Assembly (NCBI GenBank): GCA_030704615.1
Contig: CM060732.1
Location: 22,010,001 to 22,074,000 of the forward strand
DNA length: 64,000 bases
Direction of reading: 5' to 3'
Origin: Takakia lepidozioides
Taxonomy: Eukaryota > Plantae > Bryophyta
The translations under genes were made by a program, and so were the position numbers. The notes below the pieces were generated by a model, which saw nothing but the letters and a program-made list of their open reading frames with translations, did no database searches and was not told the DNA's origin. Shown here in pieces: positions 22,361 to 35,900 of the stretch (its first letter is position 1; each line of letters opens with the position of its first letter).

Positions 22361-25300
22361 TAGTGAATCCGGGGTAAGAGGGGGTGGGAAGATTTGACAA
22401 GTGTATTGTTACTTACATCTTCTTGGGAATGTCAGTTCCCTTCCCTTAGCTCTACATTTGTCAAGAGTTGAACTTCAAAACAAACAAAATAAGTAAACTA
22501 TAAAATCATGACATGAAATTACTTTAGATTTATATCACTATGCTTCATGCACTTTGGTAAAGGCTAATGTAGCTTTCAGGAAAGTCAAGTGACTACTCTA
22601 TAGATCTCAACTATATTTTGCATACGTTTGAGAATAGTATATGCATACGCAAAACGTGAATCTAAGTAATCAACATGCATGTATTGAAGATATGCATTAA
22701 AATATTCATCTTCAATCCCAACCAACATTAATGACAAAATTAACATGATATTGCATGTTCTATTGCAGCATGCTCCTCTTGTAATGTAATTTGCAAAGCA
22801 ACGATTTGGCGAGTGGTTTGCCGGACGACAAGAGGTTAGCAAGGTAAGGCCAGAGATCTACCAAAAAACAGTATTTTGACAAACTGTTATTTTCCAAATG
22901 AGTGAAGAAAACCATTTTAATTTAATTTTTATAAAGTACTGTGTATTAACTTTTGTATGTTTCCAAAATACTTTTGAAAGTGGACACACATATATGACAT
23001 GCATTTCCTTGTGGGCAAGGTCTGCAAGAGAAGCGTGAGGTCACAGCTGGAGATTCTTCTGATCCAATTTTGGGGGTATCGGAGGCCTGCAAGGTAGATA
23101 CCCGTCCTCAGAAGCTGAACTCGAGGGTGGGGCCTTGCCAAACTGCGGAGCTTCAGCCCTATGCTTCGAGTCTTATGAACAATGTAAAATTTGCATTCTG
23201 CTGGAAGAATTTATGTCTCCTTCCATATCTTACAGCTTACCAGTTATTATGGAAGCCCTCAGAAATAGGAGAACAAAAGCATTGAACTTCATGTCCTAGG
23301 CCAAATACTTGTACTTGGTGCAACTGAAGACCACTGTTAGTAGTCAAGTGCTACATACATTATCTGTCGGGTACATTGCTGTATATAGGGCTTGGCTATC
23401 TCCTCTTGTTATTGTTCTCATGGGCACTACTCATGGGCATATCTCTGATGACAATGCTTTTGCGTTTAATGTTTTTTTTCGAGGCATATATGAAGTGCGC
23501 ACAAGAAGTGTACATGTTTGAGGGCCGCTATCTTTCGTGGTCAAAAGATGGAGGTTGCTCCTTTTTTTCTCAAGGTAATTGCACCATTTTCCATCTGTTC
23601 ATGTTCATGTTAGCTCGGGTCTAATTTCAAGTTGGAGTCTAAGGCCAATGCTATCTCAGCAAGGGCTTTGAATTTTTAGTCGTGCATTATTTTGCAATAA
23701 GCAATATTAGTTGAGCTTTGGAGGTAGGATTTACTAGTCAGTAAAGTGTTCCTTTGGTAGGCTTAGAAGAGAGCGGAAGCCAAATATGGATTGCCTAACT
23801 GAAATTCTCCTCACATCCTTCACTATGGGATAATAGTTCTGATCAAGTGAGTCAATTGTCATTATGTCGATGTGCAAAAAGTCTTGCGTATGTTACCTCA
23901 AATCATGGTATAATTCATTGCATCCTCCCATTTCTTTCACGAACGTCAACTTGACAGTGGATGTTCTTCTAAAACCACAATACATAATTGTATTTTTTCC
24001 AAAAAATGTGTGGAGGATTATTGTTCATGGTTATATTGTACATAAAATAGCCAAATAACTATATAAATATTTATTTCTATTATAAATTGCATTTAATTAT
24101 ATTTATCATATTATTTCTGGACCAAACAAAAGTCCAGAATTAGTTAAAATTGTGTTTTACTCTCTATTGACCCATACTCTTTACACTCTATGAAAAAGAT
24201 CAAATGGGACTCATATAGTGTACTCTTACTACAACATACTTACCCACTTTAAAGCATCATCAGTCAATTCATAGATATTTGGAAGTATTGGACTTTTGAA
24301 AAAGTTGTGGCCAAATGCAATAGTACACAAATGTTATCGTTATGGACTTTTTTCTTCATGGTACATACCAAAATGAAAAAAAAAAAAAACTCACTATAAA
24401 TAGACACTTTCTTAAAGAAACTAAAATGACAAATCTAATAGATTAAAATTCAATTATATAAATTTCATGTACTTTTAAGTACCTTAAAAAGCAGTGAATT
24501 CTTAAATTGTTCTATAGGAGGAAAATGAATGAATTAAAGAAACTCCCTTCATTGAAAATGTATATCTGCCTATTACAAAGGACCGCCAAGAAAGATATTG
24601 ACTTTTTCATGTAATTAGAGGTTTAGGGTTTATGGTTTAGTGTTGACTTTAAGGTTGACCTTAGGATTTCGACAACTTAATCTAATCACAATTTGTTTAT
24701 TAAAATGAATTTGCCTTATACGTCCATCAAACTTTCTCATTCAATGCATTGCATTTTCATTTTTCAAACTTTACCAAAAAATGTTGTGTACTTCTTAACC
24801 CCTAATGGATGAGGCTGTTTTTGGTGGGCCCACTCCAAAACACACATACCCTCACGGATGAGGGTATATCTCCCAGCCAAGAAACATCCACAGGGATGAA
24901 CCGTATGAAAGGGAGGCTACCTACCTCATGCACTTGCTGTAAAATTTCCAGCCCATTTCACCGTGTCATTAGGAAGATTATAACAAAATGGTAAGCTCTA
25001 AATCTGTAGTGTATTCCAATTTTAGAGGGAAAAATTGGTTTGACCAGGCAGTTGGACCAAAAAAATATTGTTTCCTTGCAAGACCCCAACCACATTCCAA
25101 TTCTCAGGAACCTAAAGCAACTTGCCCCAAATTTGCAAAATTCCAAAATTTACATAGGACAAGGGGGTCAAAAAGTACTATTTACTTCAATTGACCTTTA
25201 ATTCAGCCATAGGGGTCCAAATTCGGTGGAATTGTTCCTCCTATGATTTCCTACTCCTGCAATAAGAATATCTGAATTCTAACCAAAATGCAGGCAAAGA

Positions 25301-25674
25301 TTTCTAAGTAGGTGTATTTCTACTTGAATCCCAGCTCAGGCCATGTATTGCCTGAGCCGGTAGACAATTCCGGCTACAAAAAGGGGGCTACGTCACCGAT
25401 TTACACAGAAAACTCAGGGGACCCGAAAATCGACACCCAAAAAAAGGCCCGGGGATGCCCGTCACGAATGTGGCCCATCTGTCTTGAAGCTCCCCGTGAG
25501 CACCTGCTTTTCCTTGGAATGCAGCGAACCCAAACCATATACCACCCTGAAGACATGATCCACGAACTGAAGGGGGACTTGAACCCCCCGATCTGCCCAG
25601 TGCAAACAGTCCCCTCCAAAAAAAAAAAAAAACTGTGAAACCACCCAAACACAATTCAGCCAACACCGAAGGAC

Positions 25675-25925
25675 CCCCATCACCTCCACAACCCTCAACC
25701 AGCAGCAGCAGATTCCCATCACCCCCACAGCCTGTGAACCATCACCAGCCCTTCCCCCATCACCAAAACAGCCCACAATGAGCAAGCGCCAGCAGACCCC
25801 CATGACCCCCCACTCCCAAAACTGCCCATCAACCAGCAGCAGCATGACCCCTACACCCATCTACTGCCCATGAACCATCACCACCAGCCCCCCATGACCC
25901 CCACTGCCCGTCAACCAGCATGGAC
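25675..25925. repeat. ~42-bp C/A-rich minisatellite inside piggyBac
   Basis: Repeated ACCCCCATCACCCCCA...CCATCAACCAGCAGCA units. Confidence 0.7.
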
Positions 25926-26113
25926 ACACACAACCCCTGAGAAGAACCCATACCCACCACAGATCAGAGACACCCACACCCCACGCCCCACGCACACACG
26001 CCATCTACAGCCTCCAACATACCTGCATGCAGTCCCACACCCCGGTGAACCCCCACCCACACAAACATATGCACACACAAAGAAAGAAGACAGTGCAGCA
26101 ATCCAGAATTTAG

Positions 26114-29100
26114 TCACCTCGAGGCATGCCGGTGTGCCTCATTCCAACACCGCCCAAGGCACAAGTGGTTGCCGTCGCAGCCAGGGCAGTAATGGTGAGT
26201 ACGAACATGGCACATGACACACACTCGCCGCCGTGTGGTGTGAAGGCACTGATACACAAACGTGCATTCTGAATCCCCCGTGGTGTCATTGTTGTCAGTG
26301 CAGCAGCCCCATGTCAAACCATATGCCACAGCCAGATTGAATTGCAGATGGGTCATGGCCCGACGCCCACTCTTTCTCTCCATTGCAGAATGCAAGATAT
26401 ACGTATTCACTAGTGCGGTATCCATAAGAAAAAAAAACAGACGATGCCACAACTTCTTTGTGCGCAGCTGTAAGCTGTACGCACCCCTAAGCTGGTCCTG
26501 CACGTCTACCCCTCGCATGTACGTTTGGTATTGCACATGTGTAGGCACGTATGGCACAGGCACTCTCTGGTTTTCCACAAAACGACGTACAGTCACAAGA
26601 GATGAAGGGCTGCAAGCTGGCCTAGCTGTAGATGACAGTAAGAATACACCCTTCTTGTCCCACCACAACACAGCAGCCACCTCCCTGGACACATGCAACC
26701 TGTACCAGCTAATGTGTATGGTCCGATGATCTTTGGTTTTGAAGCTTGATAAGAGGCAATCAGTATTTCCAAACGAAAGAAATCACAAGGGAGTAGCTGA
26801 GCAACCAGAGCTGTAACCTTGCCACAAACATCTAGGTAACTTGTAGACTTCCATGCCACACCTTGTGATCTTCCAAATTCATTATGCCTACTACCTCCAG
26901 CCAGCCAAAAGTAAACGGGAAGGAAAGTACATCATTACACAACTAGCAAGTCTATGAAGAGAAAATGAAGTTATCATCGTAGTCTTTGTTACAATCATCC
27001 TTGCGATCCTTGTAATCTCTGTGTTGTCGTTTTGTGCTTTCTGTGTCTGTTGGGTTTGTGGCAACATCATTGGACCTGTGGAAATTGGAGGAAGTGGAGG
27101 AATTTTTGCTTCCGAGCCTGCTCTGTACGCCGCACTCCCTCCCTTGCATCGACCTACTGCACATCTGCTGATGCGAGGAAAAGCTGTCAAGTAACGATCT
27201 GCTTCTGGTCTTGTGCCTTTGAGGGTTTCAACGCTGATTGAGAAATCGCCCGCTTCCTGGTTGCATGAATCAATGACTAAATCAGGTAGTTGTAAAGAGT
27301 GTGCAGTCATGGCATGTAGCGTCTGCTGGATGTAGGTTGCTCCAGGGGAGGTTGGTGGCTTGAGGTCAAACTTGGAGGATGTTGTCTCTCTCCAGCGGCT
27401 GGTCGCATGCAGCTTGCTTCGAGATCAGGTCTCAGGTCCATGTAAAGTGGCTACTGACGATGACTCCAAGGAACTTCGACAACCTACCCAGAGGTGAAAT
27501 ATTATTAGGTTTCCTTCCTCCATTGTTTGGCAGTCTTGGATTTTTTCATTTTCAACAAAGAAGGAGGGAGACCCTTTTTGTTCACTCTTATCGTGCCAGT
27601 GGCCCAAGTGCCAAGTTTGGCCATGTCATACAGAAGCTGGACCCCTGTAAAGTAATTCCTAGTCACAATGACATGGCCCAAACCATGTAGCCCGTCGGCC
27701 AGCCGGGTGACCACATCGTAACCTTCTCTCTTCATACTTTTCTGCCTCTGGCCATCTGGCCCTCCTGCATTCTTACCAGCGTACACTGAAAAGTCGTAGA
27801 CATATGAACTCTCCGAGTTAGCCAAGGCCCACACCTTGATGCCCCATTTGCATGGTTTCTTATGCATATATATCATAATTGGGGAGTACTTCCCCTCGTA
27901 ACGGATCATCACCTCGTCGACAGTCATCATTTTGTTCAGATTCCAGAGACTTTTAAAGCTATCCACAATCTCATCACACCCCACCTAAGCTTTCCAAGCT
28001 TATCATAATTACGACTTTTACGATCTGCCACCAACGTGGCGTTGTCAACAAGATGCAAACAGTGGAGTATGGCCTCATACCTATCTCGAGTCATCACTTT
28101 GCGGATGACAGGACAAGCGAAGAATGTCTCCGAGTGTTGCCGGTAAAATCGTGTTCGGGGCAACTTCTTCATGCCCATGAAGACACAGACTCCAATCCAA
28201 GCCCTGAGCTCAGGAACAGTGAGCTCTTTCCACCGAGGCCCCCGCCCGTACTGAAAGGTTCAACAGCATAACAATTGGACTCCCTACATATTCGCCCAAG
28301 CACCTGTCGCCTCCAAAACAAACCAAAAAACCAAATCGGATATGAGCCCTTCATCTCAGGTAGGCAGGACCAGGTTGAGGGCCAGAAAATGCAGCTCTAT
28401 CACTCACAAAGTCAGAGCCTGCGTTGATTTCCCACGTCTTCGCCTTGAACATCTCCACAAAATCGGCCGAGATTTCTTCATCACACTCCATATCAAGCAC
28501 CTCGTTTTCCCAGTCTGCTTCGTCAGCAGAGTCGTCCATGTACCCTTCGTCACCCTCAAAATCCTCGTCCATGTCGGAGGAGGCCTCATCGTGGCCCAAA
28601 AAAGGATTAGAAGACCCCTCCCCAAAATGAACCAGTGCACCTGTGTTGGGATGCATGTCCCCCAAAGCAGCCCGACCGACGGCAAGCATGCTCCCAGCAC
28701 CCAGAGGCCCGCCAACACATCCCACAACACTCGAATTCACCACTCCCTTATTTTTTTTCTTCACCACACTTTTGGGAGGTGCTGTCACACTTGCCCGACC
28801 TTTTTGCACGAGCCAACTCCTTCAGACGGCTAACTGTCAGCATCGGGCCAGACATCATCTGTCAAAACAGAATTCACAGCGTCACTGAACCCATCTTTAT
28901 ACCTTCATTTCTTCTCTCTCTCTCCAACCAAGAATTAGAGCCCACTTGGTGTCTAAACAGAAAGCGGAAATTGTGAGGACGAGGGTGTCGAGGCCAACGA
29001 TTGGCGAACGGCGGTGGAGGCAAACTACAGAGGAAAGCAGGAGATAGACACCCCAATATTACCTTGCACTGCTCGGGAGTGCAGTGCTGCTCCTCAAGCG

Positions 29101-29191
29101 CCCACTCTCTTATAACCTCCGCAGCAACTACAAGCTCGGGTGGGGGCGATGGTGGCTCAGGCACAAGAGTGTCATTCCTCTTTGGTGCCAT
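26114..29191 (-). pseudogene. piggyBac transposase, frameshifted and interrupted by a ~0.8-kb insert
   Basis: Motifs MTRDRYEAILHCLHLVDN, MTVDEVMI..KPCKWGIKVW, VIVTRNYFT (expected Asp lost), WWDKKGVFLLSS, YMRGVDVQDQ and a C-terminal Cys-rich CVMC..YCPGC..LC..CWNEAH. Confidence 0.88.
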
Positions 29192-30139
29192 ACGAATCCC
29201 TGGGACTGCACAGAGATCACAGGAAATGAATGCAAGCCCTCACAATGAATCAATGCAGACGGCCCATCTTCCCCAAGCATAGGAAGGAAGGATATACCTC
29301 GACGAATTTTGCAAACTCTCCAAAACCAGCTGCAAAATGAAACCCTGACACACCACGCTCCCCTGCAACCATTCCCTATCACACAAAACACAGAGCCCAA
29401 ACGCATAAAAACATTTCACAAAACGACATGCAAGAAAAAATGATAACTTGCATTACAATGCAAATTCGGGAGGGCACAAAAATCTAAAGGCCAAACACTC
29501 AGCCCTAACAGCTGTGTAAAATCAAACACACCCCGAACTCTAATGTCTAGAACACAAAGCAGGAAACAAAACAGCTCCCGCCGCTTCGAGCCTGGGAGAG
29601 GTAAGTCGCCATGACCCGAAAATGACGCCCAAAAATACACCCCCTTACGAAGCGAATGCGGGCGATGAACGGAAGATCAAACAAAACATGCACACAAAAG
29701 CACTAAGGAAATGTGAGAGGGGCCACGATTTGCAAACTCCAGGAACCCAGACTCTGTGCGCGCAAAGAGAGAGCATGTTCCACGCTGCCGCCACCCATCA
29801 CTGGCCACAGAGTGACATCCCTATGTTCGCACGAGTGGACATGCCAACCCTGCATGCACCCGATCGCTGGCATCGGGCCACCGACACCCATTTTGTCTGC
29901 CACGTGGCTAGGTCAAAGCCCGTGGAGGGCCAGAAACCATTGGATTTTGGGTGCTCATCATCACTTCAAAAAATCCTAACGGCGCAGGATTTGTCCAATT
30001 ATGGTGCAATAAATTCTGTCCGGCGCAGAATTCCAATGACCCATCTTCATCCACATTCATCCAAGGGCCCACCGACAGTCGAAATATCCAATCGACCCGA
30101 ATTAGGTCGACTCGTCCATTAGGGATTAAGGACTACAAA

Positions 30140-31840
30140 TGAGGATTTATTCTGAGCGACCGTAACTTGCTTTCACCCAACAATACAAGAAGTATGTAGA
30201 TCAACATCGACAACTTCAACCCAAGTTCAAGGTCGGCGATCGTGTATGGCTCATTCGACGGAACATACAAACCACGCAACCATCAAGGAAGTTGGACGCC
30301 TTGGACCATTCAAAATTATTCATCAAATTAATCCGGTCAGTTTTCGGCTTGAACTCCCACGGAGTATGCGCATCCATCCAGTCTTTCATGTTTCATTATT
30401 GAAGTTGTATCATTACTCGAATATTTTAGAGAGAGTTTCCGTACCACCTCCACCAATCGAAGTCAATCATGAAACCGGTATGAAGTCGACGAAGTCCTGG
30501 ACTCTCGCATTAAACGTGGACGACTCGAGTACTTTATACATAGGAAATGTTACGACATTAGTGAACAAATGTAAGAACCTTCACTCAACCTCGCCAATGC
30601 ATTTGACAAAGTCCAAGAGTTTCATCAACGATATCCAGCTAAGTCTCGAGCCACACGTCAATAAGACATCACAATGATGATGTCAGCCAAGTTAGCTTCA
30701 AGGCGAAGACTCCACATTCAGTGTACCTGATACACGATAAGGAGGGAGGAACATCACATATCAGTATATATAGCTACACTTCCAGCACTCTTACATCTTG
30801 TATTGGCAGCATGGAATCACGAGAATCGGATACATTGGAGCTGTCGCTTACCCAACTACCAGACCAGCCGTTCCGACTCTTATAACCTTCAACATCTCGC
30901 CAAAGCCCTCGAGACGACGGGCCACCAATGTGACGCGTACTTCCTCGTCTGGACCCCGTACGACGGCAAGTGGAGACTACTCGAAGTCTGATAATCCTGT
31001 TGGAGATTTAGGCTTCGAACCCAGAGGGCAACAAAATCATGTTTGAAAACAACTTTGAAGCTTCTCCTGAAGGATCTTTAGAAAACTAGAGTATGGAGTA
31101 TAAGTAGGAGGCGAAACAGATGACCCCTCAGTCTCGCCAACACAATCTTGAGGTATTTTCTAGTTCCAGTCTAGCATCTTGTGTTCTTGTTCTATCATAT
31201 ATATAGATTCGCATTTCTATCCACGGAGTTTCTATCGAGTCTTCTCCACTCGGATTTCTTATTTGTAATTTACCACTAATCTCGTCCGTGACAATTTGGC
31301 GAGATTATATTTTTTTCAATTTGTTGTGTATATCATAAATTGTTATGGAAGAATCTTTTGCCGCGATCGTTGCAATGATGCATGATCTTCAAAACAACTT
31401 CAAGAACTTCAAGAGACAAACTTCCAATTCCAAGCTGATCGACCTCAAGTTTTAGCTCCGGTTGAACAAGATCTCCAATGACAAATTCAAGAGCTACGTG
31501 AAATTGGTACAGGCCGCCCGGAGACTTCTAGTTCCGCCGCGACATCGATACAACAATGAACAAAAGAACCCAAGGTCAGCATACCTGAAAAGTTTGATAG
31601 AATGAGGTCGAAGTTTCGAGGGTTTATTCAACAAGTTCGGTTCCTCATTCGTTTGAAGCATGACCGGTACCCTGACTGTGCCTCCCAGATTGGATTGATA
31701 GGGACTTTACTTTCAGGAACCGCCTTGTTATGGTTTGCACCATTGCTCGAAAAAAAGTCACCATTGCTCTACGACTTTGAAAGTTTTTTTGCGGAGTTTA
31801 GTGCAACATTCAACGAAGCTAATCGTGAAAGAGTTGCCGA
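30140..31840 (+). mobile_element. Ty3/gypsy chromovirus remnant: integrase end/chromodomain, PPT, LTR (about 30752-31293), gag start
   Basis: [31 protein letters not shown]; PPT AAGGAGGGAGGAA at 30739-30751; LTR ends GTGACA at 31293; gag KEPKVSIPEKFD..RSKFRGF..GTLLSGTALLWFAPLLEK. Confidence 0.8.
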
Positions 31841-32070
31841 TCCGTGGGAGATTCAACTGTCTATTCCGTGGAACCCCATGTCTCACTAAGGTCTTCCATT
31901 ATAAGGATCAGAAATGCTTGGCAGCTTATCTGCATGAGGCCTTGGCCCTTAGGCAAACCCTTCAGCAGTAGTTGCTTCTGGGTTGCTTTTGGCCGTGTTT
32001 TGTCTCTTCTTTGTGGTTTCTCCCTTTGTCCCATAAGCTCTTTGAGCTTTCCGTACACGTTCATTGTCAT
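31841..32070 (+). mobile_element. 3'-end fragment of the LINE family at 33236-34820, inverted copy
   Basis: IRGRFNCLF..VFHYKDQKCLAAYLHEA matches the C-terminus of ORF 33352-34878, and the 3' UTR motif TTTGTCCCATAAGCTCT is shared. Confidence 0.85.
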
Positions 32071-32160
32071 GCCATCAAACTTTATCTACTTGTAAGGCAT
32101 CGAGAGAGTTGTTTGAATCCTCCTTGGGTTAAAGAAAGGCTCACTGATTTCATGATTTAA

Positions 32161-32820
32161 GGTCAAGACAATGTGGTACCTTCAACATCTTCAAGCTTGT
32201 TTGTTCCGATTAGCATATCCATCCCTAGTTTTCCATCATGTCAAGTTTTGTAAATTGGTTCAGTAGCTGGATCTATGGTGGTTTTCAAGTGTTTTCCAGA
32301 TGTTACTGACACTGTGGCAACCTGCAAATATCCAAAAACGGGAAACAAGGCCAAGGAGAAACTTTGGAAGGACTGTATTTCAGAGCCCCCAGTCAATCGG
32401 TGGGACAATTGAGGTAAAGAAGTGAATACCTGTTATGTTACAGTGAGAGACAGACAACAGCATGCTTTCTTGGAAAATGTCATCCTCCTGCCCTCTCAAA
32501 CACATTCCCTTGATAAGCAAGGCGGCGTATTTGCTAGAAAAAATTTAGGCTGTCTTCATCAGCTGCTAGTAGCAAGGGGAGGAACTACATTATTGGTGCC
32601 AAGGCAGGAATAGCTGAAGGAGGCAGGGATGGAGTTGGGTATGATATATCCTTCAAGCACAAGAGTACCTATGATCCAATGTGGGTTGATAGCTACAAGA
32701 AACCTGCATCGATAGATGGTCAACTGGAAGCAGCAGAGGAGACACAGTTCATAAAATCAGGCACCTCCACCATGACCACAGCTTCCGCAAGAGGACCAAC
32801 AGGAGTCCACAAGACCTCAC
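32161..32820 (+). pseudogene. Third, truncated copy of the PPR 5' region
   Basis: Collinear similarity to 15745-16400, including AAATCAGGCACCTC.ACCATGACCACAGCTTC. Confidence 0.7.
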
Positions 32821-32962
32821 TTACCACACTTACAAGTTTCTTACCACATTAAACATCATAAGCTATGGATCTCACATTTAAGCCTTATAACAGTGGTGAT
32901 AAATCAGTTTGACCTCAGAGCCGTGGGTCATGCATCTTGACCCCATGTAACCGATACAATGC

Positions 32963-35900
32963 TTACGGCAGAGCATGCTTCACCACAACCCTATTGGCAC
33001 CATACCGCAAAGCCGCTGATCGATAAACATCGGCATGCGCTTCGATGGAGGCTGCACAGATGGACACAACATCTGAGGATAGAGACGAAGGTTAACGTGC
33101 ACCAGACAGCCATGACATGAGAAAGCTCTGAACCAAAGGCACTGCCCAGAGAAGCACAAAGCAAAGTCAAGAGGCAGATGGACTTGCACCCGATGCCTGA
33201 AAACCACATAGCAACTATATTATAGGAAAAACAGAAAGAAATGAAATGAAATGAAATGAAATGGTGCTTTATAACGTCCACGGAAAGCTCGTAGAGCTTA
33301 TGGGACAAAATGGAAGAAAACATGAGAGAGGAACAAATCCAGAAACCACAATTAATGTTCTAGCGATTGTCTGAGGGTGAAGGCCTCGTGTAGGTAGGCT
33401 GCCAAGCATTTTTGATCCTCATAGTGAAAGACATCAGTGAGAGTTTGGGTTCCACTGAATAAACAGTGGAATCTCCCACGGATCTCGTAGTATAGAGGGC
33501 AGTAGAAGAAGAAGTGTTCTTCAGTTTCAATTTCCTTGCTGCGCCCTATGCAAGCTGGACATAGGCGGTCCTCCCGTTGCAGGTTTTCCCATCTGCCAGT
33601 CTCTATCCGTAGGTTGTGGGAACCCACCCTGAACCGCCCCAATGCCCTCAAGAGGGAAGGAGATAAGGGTGCTGAAAGGTAATTTGGTCTCAAGATTCTA
33701 TCATCGCGGAGCACCAAGAATGTCTCTCGATAGAAGTGGAGCTTTGTCGTGAGATTGGGTAGCATCCAAGTTCTCTTGACATGTAATTCCATAAGCTCTC
33801 TCCGAATGAGTCTGTTGCGGTCATGTCTGGATGTGATGTCCATCTCATCTGGGTTCATTGGTAATAGGAAAGCAGTAGAAAGTCCGTTACGTTGAAATAA
33901 ACTGTCCACTCGAGCATACCAGGAGTTCCTGAAACCTGCAGCTTTGAGCCTCATAGATGTTGTGAGGGCCCTTGCCACTAGCCCTTTGGGTGGAAGGGCC
34001 TGCAATCTATGGAGAAAGATTGTAAGCCTGAAGAGGGCCTCGGATTGCAATGGTACACATGCGAACTCTGCACCTAGGATCTGAGATGGAGTTGTGCTCC
34101 TGGCGCCAAGCATTGCTTGGAGAAAAGATGACTGTAATGGTTCCAAATTCTTTTCCCACCAGGAGACAGGGACACCAGGTGCCCAGAACTCACAACCATA
34201 GATGGTAGCAGGGCTGACGACGGTGTCAAACAGCCACTTTTTGGTCGGGGGATGCCGCAGATGTATTTGCTTGCATTTGGCCTGAAGGCGGACGGAGGCC
34301 GCCTTACCTTTAGTCAATCTGTCCAAGGCTGTGGCTGCAAAGTGAAACTTGGGGGAGTGGATAACCAGACCTAGGTACCGGTATGATTTCACAATCTCAA
34401 TTTCCTGGTGGTTGAAGATGAATCTACGATCAGCCTGGCCATTGAAGACCATGATCTTGGTCTTGCTAAGATTGACTTGCATCCCATAGTCTTTGCAGAA
34501 CTGTTCCAAAATTTTGAGATGGCGTTGCAGAAAGACCGGGCATTGTGCCAAAGGGGCAACATCATCAGCGTAGAGGAGATCTGATTGGGTTGGTCCCCCA
34601 TCCAATGGGACCCCAACCCCATGGTTTTTTGATATGTAATTCTCCAAGGCGTCAATGTAGATCCCGAACAGGGTAGGTGAAAGGGGGCAGCCCTGTTTGA
34701 CTCCAATGTTGCTGTGGATCTCGGCTGAGAATTCACCAGCGACGTTGACCATGCCAGTGACAATCTCATACATAGAAGAGATGGCACAAAGGATGCCTGG
34801 AGGGACTTCCACTCTATGGAGAAAGAGAGGTGAAGTGGGCCAAGTTGGTGAACATGTTTGTTGAAATGAGTGAATCATTTGGGGATCAAGCCTCCTTTCC
34901 TTTCCTTTCCTTTCATGGACAAGTGTTCATGACAGGCACAAGAGCACCTTGCAACGTTAGCATTCCTAACCTTGCAGTGCCTTGTGTTATTTCATGCGCA
35001 CCATGCAGTGCTTAACATCATTAATTCAGAATTTGTCAGTTAGGGTTAAAACTCTTCTTTTGATCTATTACTACTGATTACAGAGAACCCGCAGAATTTT
35101 GATTAGTTTCATCGCGTCTTATCACACTATCTTTACTACCATCCATACCCACAGAGGTTAGTAAGTGTTAAATTCTTGGCAAAAGCCAGAAATATGGGCC
35201 CACATAACATGAGAAGTTTATGTCCCCTGGAAGCCAGAAATGCACATTTGACATGCGAAAGTTCTGAACCAACTAAAAATTTGGCAACAAAAAGAAAGAT
35301 AAAAGATCTGCAGGAGGCCAGAGAGCCATGGGACATTTGTAGAAATAAAGAAACCAGCACAAATCAAACCTCAGACGTTTCAGGCAGAGAGAGTATGTCT
35401 GTGAGAGATTGTACTCATAAGACGTTGTTTGCCGTAGCCTTGTGGCCATTGACCCCGCGCCCAGTTTGAGCGGGAACAAAAGGGACAGAACCTACCTCTG
35501 TCAGGGGCTGACGTTGGTAGTAAGACTTACCTCCATATAAAGAATTAATCCGGGTTTTCCAGATATCCTCTAGAAATCCCTTCACACAAGCATCAATCTG
35601 CTGTGTGTGATTTGCCCAAAAACTAGGCCTCAGGAGGGCCTGGGCTTTAGGCTCAGCCTCGAGACTTTCAAAGTTGGTAAACAGGGGTACAGGCACAATT
35701 CCCTTAATAGATTTGAAGAGAGCGTCTCTTTGGTGAGAAAACCCCGGACAGTGTATCAGAAAATGAATACTGTCTTCAGATTGCCCACACAACGGGCAAT
35801 TGCACTCTCCCTTTCCTCTCTGCTTCTGTTTGCTGTTCAAAGGTAGGCTTCCTGCCCTGAGTTTAAATTTCAGTTTAGTGCCGAGAGTGGGTAGACCCTT

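Larger units (their letters stand above)
24799..30125 (-). mobile_element. piggyBac transposon with both ends
   Basis: TTAA(24795-24798)-CCCCTAATGGATGAG ... CTCGTCCATTAGGGA-TTAA(30126-30129): 15-bp TIR with 2 mismatches and a TTAA duplication. Confidence 0.9.
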
